DNA of 61,829 bases, from the IMG/VR virus record IMGVR_UViG_3300032011_003340. One strand, given 5' to 3'. The notes beneath the pieces were generated by a model. It did not search any database. It worked only from the letters and a program-made list of their open reading frames with translations, and was not told where the DNA came from. The stretch comes from an uncultured virus (IMG/VR IMGVR_UViG_3300032011_003340) (Duplodnaviria; Heunggongvirae; Uroviricota; Caudoviricetes). Positions 19,934 to 29,413 of the stretch are shown one piece after another (positions within the stretch are counted from its first letter, which is position 1; every line of letters begins with the position of its first letter). Made by a program: the position numbers and the translations under genes.

Positions 19934-20266
19934 TCATAATTTTCTATAATGATTATAAAATGTACACTTTTCATTACCTGTTAAAGCAATGACGTTTCCT
20001 GTTTGTATTTCTAATAAAAACATAATGTTTTTACATTGAATCAAGTTATAATCCTGATTCCCTAATTCCTTTAAATAGATTTTAAATTTAGTTTCAACTC
20101 CATTTCTTTTAATAATTACAATATCATTTGTAACATCAAAAAGAAAATGAATATCCACAATTGTTACTTTTCCATTTTCATCAGAAAATTGATTTTCCGT
20201 TAACATTCTGTTATACGACTGTGCGTATAAATTACTACATAGTAGTATTAATAATAAAGTTTTCAT
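19934..20266 (-). CDS. Putative secreted protein
   Basis: Signal peptide ending YAQ. Confidence 0.6.
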   Translation of the reverse strand: MKTLLLILLCSNLYAQSYNRMLTENQFSDENGKVTIVDIHFLFDVTNDIVIIKRNGVETKFKIYLKELGNQDYNLIQCKNIMFLLEIQTGNVIALTGNEKCTFYNHYRKL

Positions 20267-20278
20267 ATTTTTTTAATT

Positions 20279-20830
20279 TTATTTATATGGTGATTCAAAT
20301 AAGTTCCAATAATAATTTCTTAATTTTTTATTATTAGTAACATCTAAAGAAGTTATATTATTATTTCTTATATTTAAATGTTCTAATTCTAAATTTTTAC
20401 TAACATTTATTTCTGTTAGTTTATTATTTGCAAGAGTAATATCCACTAATAATGGATTATTACTAACATCTACTTTTTTTATTTTATGGTCACACGCATG
20501 TATAATACGTAAATTTAAAAATAAATGTAAATATGGTAATCTTTTTAATTGTCCTGTATAAAAAGGATTTTCAGACATAATAGTTATCCTATTCAACCTT
20601 AACATTTTTAAATTAACAATAAGAAATATTATTTCTTCTGTTATCTTAAATGTTTTTCCTCCATGTCCATGTAATTCAAATAAATGAAGAAAATCTTTAT
20701 AAAAATAAATTGCTTTTCTATATTCATTTATTATATCCGAATCCTTACCGAGAATATAAGCTAATTTTATATTAGTTATATCTTTAGTGGCAATCAATCT
20801 TTTTATTTTTTCGTTTTCTTCTTCTGTCAT
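20279..20830 (-). CDS. Leucine-rich repeat protein
   Basis: Repeats such as LANNKLTEINVSKNLELEHLNIRNNNITSLDVTNNKKL. Confidence 0.8.
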   Translation of the reverse strand: MTEEENEKIKRLIATKDITNIKLAYILGKDSDIINEYRKAIYFYKDFLHLFELHGHGGKTFKITEEIIFLIVNLKMLRLNRITIMSENPFYTGQLKRLPYLHLFLNLRIIHACDHKIKKVDVSNNPLLVDITLANNKLTEINVSKNLELEHLNIRNNNITSLDVTNNKKLRNYYWNLFESPYK

Positions 20831-21095
20831 ACAAAATGTATTATAGGACTACATAAATGTAGCCCTAATTAAATAATTAATTCATCTCTTTTTAACTACT
20901 TTACCATAGAAATTTATACGATAGTTATCCATCGCTCTATTTTCTTTAGATGGTAATTTAATAGTTGCAAAAGCCATAAATTCAGGTTTATTTGAATTTT
21001 TTGCCTTAGCTTTTGCTGTTTCAATATGTAATAATCTAAGTTTCTTTGACATATTTAATAGTTTTAATTAGTTAATTAATTATAAAATATTTTAT

Positions 21096-21122
21096 AAAGG
21101 GTGACTTAAAGCCACCCTTTTA
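21096..21122 (-). terminator. Terminator downstream of the TerD-like gene
   Basis: AAAGGGTGAC-ttaaa-GCCACCCTTT hairpin. Confidence 0.7.
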
Positions 21123-21124
21123 AT

Positions 21125-22864
21125 TTAATTGAATAAATCAATTAATAAACTTTTATCACTTACCGATAAATCTATATCAGCATTATCTTCTACAATTTCA
21201 AACCCTGCTTTTATTAAAAGATCAGATAAGTATATGTAAGTATCTATAGTTTTATGTATATGATTTAAAAAATTATAAACATGTACATTTCCATTAGATA
21301 CTCTTCTTGAACTAGTTGTTAGATTCATAAATACAAATTTGTTATTTACAAACATTCCAATTGTATCTTCCCCTGTTATTTCTAACTGAGTCATAAAATT
21401 TATAGCATTTGGATCAACCATATGATTCATTTTAGGAACAATTGAATCTGTTGCAAGAAACATATTATATTTACTATTAGGTTCTGCACTATATGCATTA
21501 ACCATAACTATACCATTAGGCATTCCTGTTTTACAGTACAATAATTCTGTAGCTTCAGGATTTGCATTTGTCATATCCCCGGAATATATTACTCCATCAG
21601 TGTCATAATCTGCATTCCAACCAATCTTTTTTCCTTTTATGTTTACCATAGAAAGATCAAGATCTCTAGCTCCATCCTCATTTTTCCAATTAATTCCTAC
21701 AATAGCATTATCATTCATATTAACATATGAACCATAAGGTATATGACCTACAAAAGTTTTTTCAGATGTCGGAGCAACTAAATTAATATTTGTAGGTAAT
21801 TTTATTCTGCAAGCTTTGTTACTTAATGATTTAATTACAGAATTTTTTAATCTATCTAAGAAATTAGTATGTATATAAGCATCATAATTTTGTTCTTTTT
21901 CTTTTATAAAAAGTTTTCCATTACGTACTTTTACAGGAACAATACCAGTTTTTTTACTTCTGGTTTTAATTGCTTGCATAAGTGATAATTTCTTAAAATT
22001 AGATAATTGATCTATTTGTTTATCAGTTATCTGATTTAATTCACTATTACTTGCATTCAATACATTCTGCCACAAATTATTTTTCATAGGTTTATGATTT
22101 TTCTTAGCTAAACGTCTTAGTTTGTTAATTACAACACTATTATGTTTTTTCATAGCAAGAAATAATACTTTAAATCTATAAAATACAGATGAAAGCTTTT
22201 TTAACCCATAATTATTAATATGTTGGGTTATATCCTGATGATTTGCTTTTATTTTAAATAACACTTCAGGTGACTTTATAAGTAAAGTCTGTTCAGTATA
22301 TAAAAAAACTAAAAATCTAACCATTTCTACAGGATCTGTAGGATACTTACCTAATTGTTTACAAAAATGCATCATAGCTTCTTTGTTTTTTATTAAATCA
22401 ATATCCATAAATAAATTATGAAGATTGATTAATTCAATTAGATTAGTAACTGTTTCTTCTTTCAATGCTATACCGCTGTATAACATTTTCTGTACTTTTT
22501 TTTCCAATTCATCAATTGTAATAGGCATAATGACTTTAATATCATTATATTCTACTACTGCAGGTGTACCATTAGGTACATAAGCTTGAGCTTGAAAATT
22601 ACTACCATATGTAGAATGATAATGTATAATTTGATCAATCAAAAGTTCACTTCTTGATTTATCAGTAATATTAGACCATTCTTTATAAAAAGTAGTATTA
22701 ATATTATTTGGCAATGTATTTAGAAAATCTTCTACACTATTTAAATTACAATTAGGATGTACTAAATATCCTTTTTTTATTGCTAATTCATTAATAGTTG
22801 AAATTCTTTCGGGGTTATTATAATCAACCCTAATTGCTTTTTTAAATAATTTTAGTTCTTTCAT
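21125..22864 (-). CDS. Helical N-terminal region plus C-terminal TerD-like domain protein (possible Ro60/TROVE-like RNP protein)
   Basis: C-terminal W...RDLDLS...IGWN...YSGDMTNA...E matches TerD-like motifs; N-terminal TFYKEW...DQIIHYHSTYG. Confidence 0.65.
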   Translation of the reverse strand: MKELKLFKKAIRVDYNNPERISTINELAIKKGYLVHPNCNLNSVEDFLNTLPNNINTTFYKEWSNITDKSRSELLIDQIIHYHSTYGSNFQAQAYVPNGTPAVVEYNDIKVIMPITIDELEKKVQKMLYSGIALKEETVTNLIELINLHNLFMDIDLIKNKEAMMHFCKQLGKYPTDPVEMVRFLVFLYTEQTLLIKSPEVLFKIKANHQDITQHINNYGLKKLSSVFYRFKVLFLAMKKHNSVVINKLRRLAKKNHKPMKNNLWQNVLNASNSELNQITDKQIDQLSNFKKLSLMQAIKTRSKKTGIVPVKVRNGKLFIKEKEQNYDAYIHTNFLDRLKNSVIKSLSNKACRIKLPTNINLVAPTSEKTFVGHIPYGSYVNMNDNAIVGINWKNEDGARDLDLSMVNIKGKKIGWNADYDTDGVIYSGDMTNANPEATELLYCKTGMPNGIVMVNAYSAEPNSKYNMFLATDSIVPKMNHMVDPNAINFMTQLEITGEDTIGMFVNNKFVFMNLTTSSRRVSNGNVHVYNFLNHIHKTIDTYIYLSDLLIKAGFEIVEDNADIDLSVSDKSLLIDLFN

Positions 22865-22898
22865 TTGTTAAATTTTTAATTTGGTGAATAATTAAATT

Positions 22899-22978
22899 AA
22901 ATATAATACCTTTCAGCGGAGAGTAATTTCTTATCCATAGTTAAATAGGAACTTTCTATGCTTTCAGGTATTATATTT
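22899..22978 (-). ncRNA. Repeated stem-loop RNA, copy 1
   Basis: Plus strand: AAATATAATACCT...AGCGGAGAGTAA-loop-AGGAACTTTCTATGCT...AGGTATTATATTT. Confidence 0.6.
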
Positions 22979-23007
22979 ATGTGAAATAATTGTTTGCCAT
23001 CTCTTAT

Positions 23008-23116
23008 AAAACCAAGTATGTAGCGAAAACTAAATAATGCTAATTTTCATACATCAAAAACTAGAGATGAACAAACTTCTAATGTTTAGTGTATTAGGAA
23101 GTTTTATTTTGGTTTT
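23008..23116 (-). ncRNA. Repeated stem-loop RNA, copy 2 (divergent)
   Basis: Plus strand: AAAACCAA...AAAACTAA-loop-AGGAAGTTTT..TTGGTTTT; compensatory stem changes relative to the other copies. Confidence 0.5.
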
Positions 23117-23123
23117 TAAAATA

Positions 23124-23182
23124 AATAGCGGAGAGTAATATAAGATCACCATTTATGTAATTTAGGAACTCTCTTTGCTATT
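23124..23182 (-). ncRNA. Repeated stem-loop RNA, copy 3
   Basis: Plus strand: AATAGCGGAGAGTAA-loop-AGGAACTCTCTTTGCTATT. Confidence 0.6.
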
Positions 23183-23199
23183 AAAAACTTAATTATCAG

Positions 23200-23304
23200 C
23201 GGTAATTAAAGGAATCGAACCTTCTTAACTCAGTTAATCAGCAACCATCTCGAATTCATAGGTTCTTGTTTAATGAACTTTTTACTATCTTGGCTGAAAT
23301 TACC
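23200..23304 (-). ncRNA. tRNA-like RNA without a canonical anticodon arm
   Basis: Acceptor stem GGTAATT/AATTACC, T-arm GAAGG-TTCGATT-CCTTT, long internal arm TCAGC...GCTGA. Confidence 0.6.
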
Positions 23305-23464
23305 TTTTTAATTTTATTTCTATTTATTTTTTCTAGAATATTTTTTCTTATTTTTATGTACTTTATGTACTCTTTTAAAACCATGAGGGTTTTCCTCAAG
23401 GTATACTTCTCTTGCACCTTTACCAAGTGCATTTATAAGAAGTTTTTTATCTTCTTTTTTCATT

Positions 23465-24067
23465 TTATAAGGTTTTAGTTCTATTGTATTGTTTAATAAT
23501 ATTATAAATTTCTTCCTTATTTTTATTTTGAAAATCTTCATTGTATTTATCAATAAATAAATAAGGATCTTTGTGTTTTGTAAGTTCTTGATAAATTTCT
23601 GGTTCATAAGACCATTCTATACCAGGTCTTTTTAACAAGCTGATATCTTTTAGTATTTTATTAAATACTAATTCTGGTTCATATATGTAACCTTTTATAT
23701 AACCGTTCAAAAATTTGTTAGTATGACTATAAAAGCACATTTTATTTTTATACTCATGTTTGCCTTTTCTGTTTATTTTTAAACTGCGATTATAAATACC
23801 ATTTTTATTTATAATAACCCAACGAGTTTTTTCTCCATATTCAGTTTTTTTAATCCAAATAGTGTCTTCGTTTTTATTATTATAATAAGTAATAGAAATA
23901 GCTCCTTCATATGAAGGGAAATTAATTATAAAAACACGATGGTTCCTACTCCATTTTTTATAATGGTAGCTTTTCCTTCCTTTATATAGTGGTAAACAAT
24001 TATCATGTATAAAATACCATACATCAGTATAGTATTTTCCTATAAAATTATCATCTCTATCTTTCAT
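23465..24067 (-). CDS. Hypothetical protein
   Basis: 200 aa ORF. Confidence 0.6.
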   Translation of the reverse strand: MKDRDDNFIGKYYTDVWYFIHDNCLPLYKGRKSYHYKKWSRNHRVFIINFPSYEGAISITYYNNKNEDTIWIKKTEYGEKTRWVIINKNGIYNRSLKINRKGKHEYKNKMCFYSHTNKFLNGYIKGYIYEPELVFNKILKDISLLKRPGIEWSYEPEIYQELTKHKDPYLFIDKYNEDFQNKNKEEIYNIIKQYNRTKTL

Positions 24068-24127
24068 AAATAAAATTTTGCGCTGATCTAACAGACTGTT
24101 AAACTATTTTCTTTATTTAGTTATTAG

Positions 24128-24199
24128 ATGTTCTACCAGGACTCGAACCTGGAATAACAGTACCAAAAACTGCTGTGTTGCCAATTACACCATAGAACA
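24128..24199 (-). tRNA. trnQ: tRNA-Gln(TTG)
   Basis: TGTTCTATGGTGTAATTGGCAACACAGCAG-TTTTTGGTA-CTGTTATTCCAGGTTCGAGTCCTGGTAGAACAT. Confidence 0.93.
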
Positions 24200-24624
24200 A
24201 TTAATTTGATAATATAAATATCTCTTACTCTTTATATTATCTTTTTTTGTGGCCGGGCGAGAACACCGGACAAGCACGTCCTCATAGTCAGTGAGCGCTT
24301 GCGTTCATTTTGTTAGACCCTTCCTCCATGTCATTTTATTTCATTATAATTTACCATACGTAAATTATTGACTTATGAAATAAAACCGGCAGTGTAACTC
24401 AAATTAATTAAAATTCATCTTGAAATTTTAGTTATTAAATCTTTTTTGCTATGTACATGTAAAACAATGCACAAAATGTACAACTAAGTATCAATACTGT
24501 ATTAAATACAATATCAAATACATTATTTGCATATAACATTGTTGATATAACTATGGTAAACATAATTATATACATTGCAATGATTATGCATATTGCTTTT
24601 TTAGCTAATCTCATAATTAATTTT

Positions 24625-24903
24625 TTATTGTGCGTTGTAATAAGATTTCGAATTAGTTCTTGTTCTGTAGTTATAAGTACTACAGTCATACCGTGGAGTT
24701 ACCTCCAATCTTAAGGTATCACCATCATGAGTAATACCAAAAGTTATATCAACTAATTCTTCACAATCATGAAATCGTGCATCACCATATGAAATGGTAA
24801 CAAATGATTCAAATTCTGATAGTTTTGGAAATGGTTTAATTAGTTGCTTTGGTGAATTACAGGAATAACCTATAAACACCATTAAAATGATAATTAATTT
24901 CAT
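24625..24903 (-). CDS. Putative lipoprotein
   Basis: MKLIIILMVFIGYSC lipobox-like N-terminus. Confidence 0.55.
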   Translation of the reverse strand: MKLIIILMVFIGYSCNSPKQLIKPFPKLSEFESFVTISYGDARFHDCEELVDITFGITHDGDTLRLEVTPRYDCSTYNYRTRTNSKSYYNAQ

Positions 24904-24938
24904 AATAATTAAGTTTTTTGTTTTTTAAGATATTTTAT

Positions 24939-25223
24939 TTATGGTACCATTACATAAGGATTTTCTGTTTCCTTTAACTCATTCTGTAATTTTAAAATCT
25001 TTGTTTTTAGTAAACAAGCTTTTAAAATTTGTAAAAATAATGGAAAAGTATTCTTAGTTATACATCCTTGGATGTTATAATAATTTACTTTTTTATTTTT
25101 TGAGAAAATAAGCTCAGGAAAAGATGCTTCTAATCTTTTTTTCTGTTCCGGTGTTAATAATACTCTAAGTTTGACAAGAATATGCTTGCCAAAGTTAGTA
25201 TATCCGAATTTAATTTTAGACAT
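24939..25223 (-). CDS. Hypothetical protein
   Basis: Co-oriented ORF. Confidence 0.5.
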   Translation of the reverse strand: MSKIKFGYTNFGKHILVKLRVLLTPEQKKRLEASFPELIFSKNKKVNYYNIQGCITKNTFPLFLQILKACLLKTKILKLQNELKETENPYVMVP

Positions 25224-25475
25224 AATAATTAAGTTTTTAATAAATTAATCAAAGAAAAATATCTTCTTATCTGAAAAAATATGTACAAGGAGCATAGTAC
25301 TCCAAATCATTTGTATTAATATTCCTACAGCAACCCACATTTGTTCATTGTTAATTGCTGATACTGCTATCAATAACGGTGTAAATACCGTTAATATAAT
25401 CATTAATATTTTCATATTTTCATAAATTTATATTTTAAAATAAAAAATACAGGATATAATATTTATATCCTGTTT

Positions 25476-25787
25476 TTAATCATAACGTGGTCTTTCTTGG
25501 TAAATAAAGAAATCCACTTTTTTTTCAAGTTCTTCAACATCATATATATCTACTCTATGGCAATAATGACATAGGTCAATAAGCTCTTCCATAGATGCAA
25601 AATCTTTTTCTGATTTTACTTGTATGATATTGATATTATTAGGATATTTATTCCAATAATCATCCTGTTCGACAAGTAACTCCCATAGAAGTTTCTTATC
25701 TTCTTCGTTATTTACAAAGATGACTGAATTCATTTTTGGATTCCAATCTTTTTGACTTTGTAAACTTACTTTTACGTTTACATTCAT
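25476..25787 (-). CDS. Hypothetical protein
   Basis: ORF followed by hairpin ACAGGATATAA/TTATATCCTGT. Confidence 0.6.
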   Translation of the reverse strand: MNVNVKVSLQSQKDWNPKMNSVIFVNNEEDKKLLWELLVEQDDYWNKYPNNINIIQVKSEKDFASMEELIDLCHYCHRVDIYDVEELEKKVDFFIYQERPRYD

Positions 25788-25822
25788 TTTTTATTGGTTT
25801 AATAATAAGTTTAAAAAATAGT

Positions 25823-25890
25823 AGTAGAGGTGGTTTTCGAACCCACACTTGTTAAATAGCTAACATAACAAGTTCCTATAGTTACTCTAC
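25823..25890 (-). ncRNA. Degenerate tRNA-like RNA
   Basis: GTAGAG/CTCTAC stem, GTGG-GTTCGAAAA-CCAC T-like arm, 8-bp arm ACTTGTTA/TAACAAGT. Confidence 0.45.
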
Positions 25891-26053
25891 ACTTTCATAT
25901 AACATCACACAAAAGTTTTACTGTTATACTAAGATGTCTTTCCATCAGTCATTGTTTTTTTCTACGAGGGATTCAACTCTTCATCATATACATGCTCCAT
26001 ACTTACTCCTAAGCACAGGATTCGAACCTGTAACATATATGTGGTTGTTTATT

Positions 26054-26344
26054 TTACCAAATTTCACCTTCTCTTATATAAGAGTTGTCTTGGTCAAATT
26101 CGTATTTACTCTCTGCCCAAGTGGGCAAAGAATTTAATTCTTTCTCTGCTTCCTCTTTTGTGAGAAAGACTTTCGTTTCACAATGTGTTAACTTTCTACA
26201 GCTCAAATGAACTATAAAAACTTTGCCGTTCAGGGACTTTAACATATCCCTTATTTCTTCTCCCCGCGTACAATTGTCACCATCTTGATCAACTAATTGA
26301 TCTGCAATTTCATGTAGAGATTTTTTGATTTCTTTAAAATTCAT
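26054..26344 (-). CDS. Hypothetical protein
   Basis: Co-oriented ORF. Confidence 0.6.
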   Translation of the reverse strand: MNFKEIKKSLHEIADQLVDQDGDNCTRGEEIRDMLKSLNGKVFIVHLSCRKLTHCETKVFLTKEEAEKELNSLPTWAESKYEFDQDNSYIREGEIW

Positions 26345-26619
26345 TTTAATTGTTTTTTATGTGTTAATAATTATTTCAACTTGCCCAGGGTGCGCTTATA
26401 TTTTTTTAAAATCATTAATAAAATTGATATTACTATACAACTTTACTAACTAGTTTATGAGTTTCCTCCCCGGCTTACCCGTTCTTTATATCCTAATTAA
26501 GATAGGATCAATCTTATCAAGTAATAACAACACTACAGCATAGTACCTCTACTAATCAAGTGTTGTCAAAGAATACAATCCTAAAATAGGTTGTTTTAAT
26601 CATGTATTCTTCTAGCAAT

Positions 26620-26711
26620 GTACCTCTGCAGGGTTTCGAACCCTTTTATGTTAAAAAACATAAAGCCACGTAATTTAGCACTTGCTGAGTGCTATTACAC
26701 ATTTGTGGTAC
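26620..26711 (-). ncRNA. tRNA-like RNA directly 3' of tRNA-Glu
   Basis: GTACC/GGTAC closing stem, AGGG-TTCGAAA-CCCT T-arm, two internal hairpins. Confidence 0.45.
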
Positions 26712-26717
26712 TATACT

Positions 26718-26791
26718 TGGAACTCAGTAAGAGAATCGAACTCTTATTTTCAGGATGAAAACCTGATGTCCTGCCATTAGACGAACTGAAT
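26718..26791 (-). tRNA. trnE: tRNA-Glu(TTC) with encoded CCA
   Basis: ATTCAGTTCGTCTAATGGCAGGACATCAGG-TTTTCAT-CCTGA...GAGTTCGATTCTCTTACTGAGTTCCA. Confidence 0.88.
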
Positions 26792-26933
26792 TTTAAATTA
26801 TATTTTACATTCTGGTATGGTTGCTAACCAACGAAAGAAAGCAACACATAACAGAATTGTTATTATTTTTGCCATAATAATTTAGTTTATAAAGACACGA
26901 GTGCCACTATTAATGGCTCCCATGTCTTGTTAT

Positions 26934-27446
26934 TTAAAATTTTACATGCTCCGCTTTTTCAAATGAAACATATTTATTCCATTGCTCTACTGACATAGAA
27001 CAACTGGAATTATTCCAATTCTGATATGCCATGTGATGTCTTTCATCACCTGTAAAACTCGCTTTGAAGTTTTCAACTTCTTCTTGAGTTTTACAATTAA
27101 AGAACTTTTCTCTAAGTTCTTTAATGTCTTCCTCTTTAGTAAAAGGATGACGAACCAATTCTGTACAGGACCACATATACGTATATTCCACTCTGTCTAA
27201 AAGTGGATTATATTCATGTCCTGTTACTTTTTTTACACTATCCTTGTTATATACAATGAATTTTTCATTGTGATTTACAAGTTCAGGAGACTCATCTAAA
27301 CCCATTAAAATGGATATAGCTGTTCTTTTGTCTCCTCCCATAAAAGAAATTAATCTAGAAATATTTTCTTTAGAAGGATTGCAATTCTCTAATAGTAAAT
27401 TGTAGATTTTCATATCTACATTTGAATTTTCTTTTCTACGTGCCAT
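26934..27446 (-). CDS. Hypothetical protein
   Basis: 170 aa ORF followed by a hairpin. Confidence 0.65.
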   Translation of the reverse strand: MARRKENSNVDMKIYNLLLENCNPSKENISRLISFMGGDKRTAISILMGLDESPELVNHNEKFIVYNKDSVKKVTGHEYNPLLDRVEYTYMWSCTELVRHPFTKEEDIKELREKFFNCKTQEEVENFKASFTGDERHHMAYQNWNNSSCSMSVEQWNKYVSFEKAEHVKF

Positions 27447-27599
27447 GATAATTAAGTTTTAATAGTTTTATTAATAAAAATATGCAGTTGAGGTTAATCC
27501 CTGCTACCCTTCACGCCGTTAAGAAGGTTTAGATACTTTGTCCAAGTGATCCTAACTTGTTGACTTTTGTATTCAGGCGAAGCAACTTACCTGTTTTTG

Positions 27600-27812
27600 T
27601 TATACATACGCACGAATAAACGCACGTTGTATAACATCGAAATTCTTTGTAGCTTGTAATTCATCACAAGGATGAAGATAAGCCATGTGAACTTCTGAAA
27701 AAGCAAGATGATAAACAGCGTCGCTAAACGCATCTACACCATGCTTTTCTATAAACTTATTCATGTTTTCAAGATGAAATTCATGAACCATTTCTCCTAT
27801 TCCTGCTTGCAT
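27600..27812 (-). CDS. Hypothetical protein
   Basis: Small ORF between structured intergenic blocks. Confidence 0.55.
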   Translation of the reverse strand: MQAGIGEMVHEFHLENMNKFIEKHGVDAFSDAVYHLAFSEVHMAYLHPCDELQATKNFDVIQRAFIRAYV

Positions 27813-27911
27813 AATTTTTTGTTTTTATGTGTGTTAATAATAAAATGTAAATCCAAACACGTATTGTACCACATCGTAAATTACGAGCTTGCCTGTGTTT
27901 GAATTTACTAT

Positions 27912-28053
27912 TGGTAATCCATGAGGGACTCGAACCCTCCACTTGTTTTCAATCATAAGTTAATTAAATTGGTTAAATTTAACAACTTCTAATCTAACTA
28001 TTATCACAGTCACCAACTAAGATGAATAGTGCAAGCTGTAACCCTACCGGATT
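27912..28053 (-). ncRNA. Long tRNA-like RNA (~142 nt) with CCA end
   Basis: 5' AATCCG pairs with 3' TGGATT-A-CCA; T-arm GAGGG-TTCGAGT-CCCTC; ~90-nt insert closed by CTTG/CAAG. Confidence 0.55.
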
Positions 28054-28087
28054 GTTTAGTAGGAACACCCGAAGGTGCTCCTTATTC

Positions 28088-28363
28088 TTATAGGTTTTTT
28101 AAAACAATTTCTCTTTGTTCATCGCTGAACAAAGTATTCCACTCGTCCAAAGTTGGACGTTTCATATCAAATTTTGAGGATTTGTATGTAGTCTGATCTT
28201 CAAAATCAAACCATCCAAATGACATACCTACTATTTCAGAATAACGCTCATCTGATTCGATGAATGCAGTTGATGCAAAATAGCTAGGTGTTGCATAACC
28301 TACGTATTTATTTTGATAAATTACTGCATTGTTAGGTACAGTATTGTTTTTTGATGTACTCAT
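28088..28363 (-). CDS. Hypothetical protein
   Basis: Followed by a C(UUCG)G hairpin at 28061-28082. Confidence 0.6.
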   Translation of the reverse strand: MSTSKNNTVPNNAVIYQNKYVGYATPSYFASTAFIESDERYSEIVGMSFGWFDFEDQTTYKSSKFDMKRPTLDEWNTLFSDEQREIVLKNL

Positions 28364-28488
28364 GATAATTAATTTTTATTTTGTGTATTATAAAAAAAGA
28401 ATAGAACTCGTTGGGTCCCATTTATTTCAGTCTTTTTCAATCTCCCTGAGATAAAAGACAAACTGTTCTATTCTTATTTGTTTTTATG

Positions 28489-28821
28489 TTAAATTAAATG
28501 AGAATATTTTTCTAACTTCTTTAAATGTTTTCTATCCTCCTCAATTTTATTCACTACTACATCAGGAAATGCTTCAAGAGGTATAACCTCTCTAACCATT
28601 TCAAATAATTTTATGCTATGGTCAGCCCAAGGGCTGTGATAAATAGTGTATATCCAATCTTTTATTTTGGATTTACGTAATAATTTATTATATTTATCCT
28701 TTGAAGAGTCTATGTCCCCTTCAAAATACTCTCCGGCATATTGAAGCAGTTTTACAGTAGTTGGAGTTGTGCACTCCTTATCAAAATTGTTTTTGATTTT
28801 ATTATAATATTCATTTAACAT
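28489..28821 (-). CDS. Hypothetical protein
   Basis: Co-oriented ORF. Confidence 0.6.
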   Translation of the reverse strand: MLNEYYNKIKNNFDKECTTPTTVKLLQYAGEYFEGDIDSSKDKYNKLLRKSKIKDWIYTIYHSPWADHSIKLFEMVREVIPLEAFPDVVVNKIEEDRKHLKKLEKYSHLI

Positions 28822-29129
28822 GATAATTAATTTTTAAGAATAAATTTATACTCAAAATCTACATTTACATGTAGTAAAGCCTAATTAGAAATATCTAATT
28901 GAGTTTGTATAGGCTTTATTATGTATACTTTCTTTTTACACGTGTTAGAATGTATAGGGAAAGTATGTGTGTGTTTAGTGGCGTACGCTAAGTACACCAC
29001 TTTAACACACAAAAATAGCATGTCCACCCTCTTTATCAGGTTGCATCAGTTCGTAAACTGAATCTGCAGACGTTTCTCTTATGGATTCAAACCAAGTGAC
29101 ATGAAACTGCTAAGAAACACACGTTTTAA

Positions 29130-29378
29130 TTAAATCATTGGATATCCATTCAAGTGAGGAAAGTATATATAATTCAAATGTTTCTCGGCATTCCTCCTAA
29201 TGTATAGGAGAGCTTTTAATTCTCCCCTTATATCATTTTCTCCGATGCAATTTTCGATATAGTTTTTATAGTGCAAAAGCACTTTACTATACTTGTATTT
29301 CATGACTTCATCGTCGAAGTTATTCATAGTTTCAATTAGGTATGCTATCGTTTTAAAAACCTTTTCATAATCTATCAT
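29130..29378 (-). CDS. Hypothetical protein (start revised to MIDYEKV)
   Basis: The ORF-track extension to 29462 overlaps the ribozyme; an AT-rich leader precedes ATG 29378. Confidence 0.55.
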   Translation of the reverse strand: MIDYEKVFKTIAYLIETMNNFDDEVMKYKYSKVLLHYKNYIENCIGENDIRGELKALLYIRRNAEKHLNYIYFPHLNGYPMI

Positions 29379-29413
29379 AATATATATTTTATTTGTGTGT
29401 ATAAAATTGTTAC

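Noticed and set aside
24250..24402. HDV-like (theta) or twister ribozyme beside tRNA-Gln
   Set aside because: Could not build the required pseudoknots, and the element lies 5' rather than 3' of the tRNA.
25823..25890. Suppressor tRNA or stop-codon recoding
   Set aside because: The 11-nt loop is non-canonical, and long genes (terL, portal, MCP) are intact under the standard code with TAG and TGA used as stops.
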